A stretch of 64,000 nt of DNA from Methanobacteriota archaeon. Its GTDB lineage: Archaea > Thermoplasmatota > Poseidoniia > Poseidoniales > Poseidoniaceae. The DNA lies in assembly GCA_018659375.1 (NCBI GenBank), contig JABJMO010000064.1, forward strand, positions 3,876 through 67,875, in the 5' to 3' direction. This document shows, in pieces, positions 61,760-64,000 of the stretch. A program made the position numbers and the translations under genes. The notes under the pieces are model-generated. The model saw only the letters and a list, made by a program, of their open reading frames with translations. It searched no databases and was not told where the DNA came from. Position 1 is the first letter of the stretch. Each line of letters opens with the position of its first letter.

Positions 61760-63052
61760 TTAGCCCCAATTACATGGCTCTAATATCTGTTGACCACCCA
61801 TGTAATTTACTAATGGTTTAGGAATACTGACTCTTCCATCTGCAAGTTGATTCTGTTCCATAATCGCAACTAGGGCTCTAGATGTAGCAACTGCAGTGGA
61901 GTTTAATGTGTGAACTATCGGTTGGTTAGCATGACCTGGCTGGCCATATTTGATCTGCAAACGATTGGCTTGGTAATCAGTGCAGTTTGAACATGAAACA
62001 ATCTCTTTGTATTGACCAGCTCCAGGAATCCACGCTTCCAAGTCATATTTACGAGCGGCAACCGTCCCCATATCGCCTGTACAGATATTTACCACCTCAT
62101 AGTGAATTTCTAAATCATTCCAAAGGTCAATGCAATTTTGCAATAATTCTTCATGCATTTGCCAAGATTCCTCGGGCTTAGTAATGACGATTTGTTCTAT
62201 TTTAGTAAATTGATGGACCCGCCAAATTCCTAAATCAGATTGACCGTGAGAACCAACCTCACGGCGAAAACATGGAGATACTCCAACTATTTTCAATGGC
62301 AATTGATCCTCTGGTATTGTTTCTTCCATGTACATAGCAGTTAATGGATGTTCAGATGTTGCAATCATGTAGTAATTATCAGGTGCTACACCATACATAA
62401 CTGTCTCGAAATCGCTTAAATCAGTAACACCCTCGTAGGCTTTACGATTCATCATTACAGGAGGCTGAACAAAGGTAAACCCTCTTTGACGCAGAAAGTC
62501 AACAGTATAATTCTGCAACGCCATCTCTAATCTTGCTAAATCTCCTTTGAGGAAGAAGAAACGACTTCCTGCAATTTTTGCTGCCCGCTTCAAATCAACC
62601 CATTTGTTTAATTCGATGAGTTCATTGTGAGTTCTTGGTTCAAATTCGAATACCGGTTTTTCACCATACACGCTGTGTACGGTATTGCCAGATTCATCTG
62701 CACCATTAGGAACTTCTTGATGGAGAATATTTGGTATCGACATACGTATTCTATCTCTATTTTCGATTGCTTCCTGGGTTTGGTATTCTAGTTGTGAAAT
62801 TTCTTTACCCAATGAAGCAACCTCTGCTAAAATTTCTTGCGCTTTGGTTTCATCACCGGCCTTTTTAGCAGCGCTTATGCTCCTAGCAGCAGTATTTTTT
62901 TGTTGGCGGAGTTGATTTGTTTGGTGTTGTAAGCTCAGCCATAAGTTATCATATCGAATTACTTCGTCGATTTTATCATGCGGAATTCCTCGTTTATCAT
63001 GGTCGAGCCTAACCTGCTGATGATTGTCCCTAAACATATGTATATCTAGCAC
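61760..63052 (-). CDS. serS: Seryl-tRNA synthetase
   Basis: ATSEHPL, CFRREVG, RVHQF.K.E, YDLEAW, SCSNCTDYQ, HTLNST. Confidence 0.96.
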   Translation of the reverse strand: MLDIHMFRDNHQQVRLDHDKRGIPHDKIDEVIRYDNLWLSLQHQTNQLRQQKNTAARSISAAKKAGDETKAQEILAEVASLGKEISQLEYQTQEAIENRDRIRMSIPNILHQEVPNGADESGNTVHSVYGEKPVFEFEPRTHNELIELNKWVDLKRAAKIAGSRFFFLKGDLARLEMALQNYTVDFLRQRGFTFVQPPVMMNRKAYEGVTDLSDFETVMYGVAPDNYYMIATSEHPLTAMYMEETIPEDQLPLKIVGVSPCFRREVGSHGQSDLGIWRVHQFTKIEQIVITKPEESWQMHEELLQNCIDLWNDLEIHYEVVNICTGDMGTVAARKYDLEAWIPGAGQYKEIVSCSNCTDYQANRLQIKYGQPGHANQPIVHTLNSTAVATSRALVAIMEQNQLADGRVSIPKPLVNYMGGQQILEPCNWG

Positions 63053-63060
63053 AAAAACAC

Positions 63061-64000
63061 CTACAATGAGATTCCTAAATTGAAAATTTCCGTACCCATA
63101 AATATCAATCCACCAATCAAGTATCCTACTATTGCTCCGCCATTTAACAGCGGCAATCCAGCCTGAGCTTTACCTCTTGCAACATAAGTCATCAACAAAA
63201 AGTAACCAACTAACGACCCAACCAAAGCAAACATCGCTATGGCAAAGGAATTATCTGAATCTAGCCATTGTACTGCAGAAAGTACTAACATTCCAGGGAA
63301 TATAATGTCGCCCAGCCCCATGAACAAAGCCTCCTTGCTCTTTTTCCTTGGTTTGCTTGATTTTGGTATGTTTGTTGGTGGTGTAACCTGTCTGACTTCG
63401 GATTTATCAACCATCTTGGTTTTCTCATCTTTGAATGAGTAGCCCTTATCCTGTGGAGCAACAAGCAAAATCGGCAATTGAAGGCCGATCATAGTATCAG
63501 CTAACTCAAGCATATGTTTAGAGCGATAAACAGCCCAGGCATCGTATATTGCTGCGAGTATCATGAATATAATTATCAAACCAGGAACAAATGCAACCCC
63601 GAGCATGACTATAACACCAGCTCCGACTAGCATCCCCACTGTATTGACCACATACCATTCACTATGGAAATATAATAAAACCATCAACAATAACGCCGTT
63701 ATAACTCCAATTAAAAATGGCGTATCATAGAGTTGTAAACCATCTAATGAGTACATATCGTCTTCAATTATTCCACTGTTGATTTCATCAGCAGTTATCG
63801 CGTAAAAGAAATCCTCGGACCCATTCTTGCCAAAGATACCTGTTTGAAAATCTGAATCAATCTCAAAAGTGAGCCGATTTTTCAATAGCATGCCATGAAG
63901 CCAGTAAGAACCTTCATCTGAGGAGATCAACATATCAGTTCGCCCAGAATTATCTAAATCTGTTAGTTGAACCTGTAGGACAGTATCAAGTAAACCAGCA
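63061..64000 (-). CDS. Presenilin-like (GxGD) intramembrane aspartyl protease, 5' end beyond window
   Basis: AIYDAWAVY, FMGLGDIIFP and AGLPLL motifs; frame stays open from 63933 to the window end. Confidence 0.88.
   Translation of the reverse strand, partial: AGLLDTVLQVQLTDLDNSGRTDMLISSDEGSYWLHGMLLKNRLTFEIDSDFQTGIFGKNGSEDFFYAITADEINSGIIEDDMYSLDGLQLYDTPFLIGVITALLLMVLLYFHSEWYVVNTVGMLVGAGVIVMLGVAFVPGLIIIFMILAAIYDAWAVYRSKHMLELADTMIGLQLPILLVAPQDKGYSFKDEKTKMVDKSEVRQVTPPTNIPKSSKPRKKSKEALFMGLGDIIFPGMLVLSAVQWLDSDNSFAIAMFALVGSLVGYFLLMTYVARGKAQAGLPLLNGGAIVGYLIGGLIFMGTEIFNLGISL

Noticed and set aside
1-64000. CRISPR arrays, transposases, defence islands
   Set aside because: No regularly spaced repeats or recognisable cas, transposase or integrase motifs seen.

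Overview
Gene-dense archaeal chromosomal segment, most consistent with Marine Group II Euryarchaeota (Poseidoniales, Thermoplasmatota). Supporting genes include cdc6/orc1, Alba, Bud32, a SelB-like protein, a CoaD-DUF359 fusion, a DUF3860-like protein, an archaeal type IV pilus locus, a presenilin-like protease and large secreted proteins; GGTGA/GGAGG ribosome-binding sites are common. I count about 55 CDS and one tRNA-Gly(GCC), with no recognisable mobile element or CRISPR array. Highlights: (1) an unannotated ~265-nt minus-strand RNA at 17825-18092, made of four tandem K-turn hairpins with pseudouridylation pockets. It reads as a four-hairpin H/ACA guide whose pockets match conserved 23S rRNA sites (rRNA sequences recalled, not present in the window). 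(2) A dispersed aerobic aryl-CoA epoxidation (Box-like) pathway: a short BoxB, a single-domain BoxC-like crotonase, an ALDH, PaaG/PaaH-like enzymes, and a regulator with a palindromic candidate operator. There is no BoxA, but an orphan CysJ-like diflavin reductase lies nearby. (3) A cysteine-free Mrp/ApbC ATPase whose CxxC motif is replaced by an Ig-like insert, next to a Cys-rich DUF971 gene. (4) thrS is interrupted by a single in-frame TAA. All family calls are by motif recognition, not database search.
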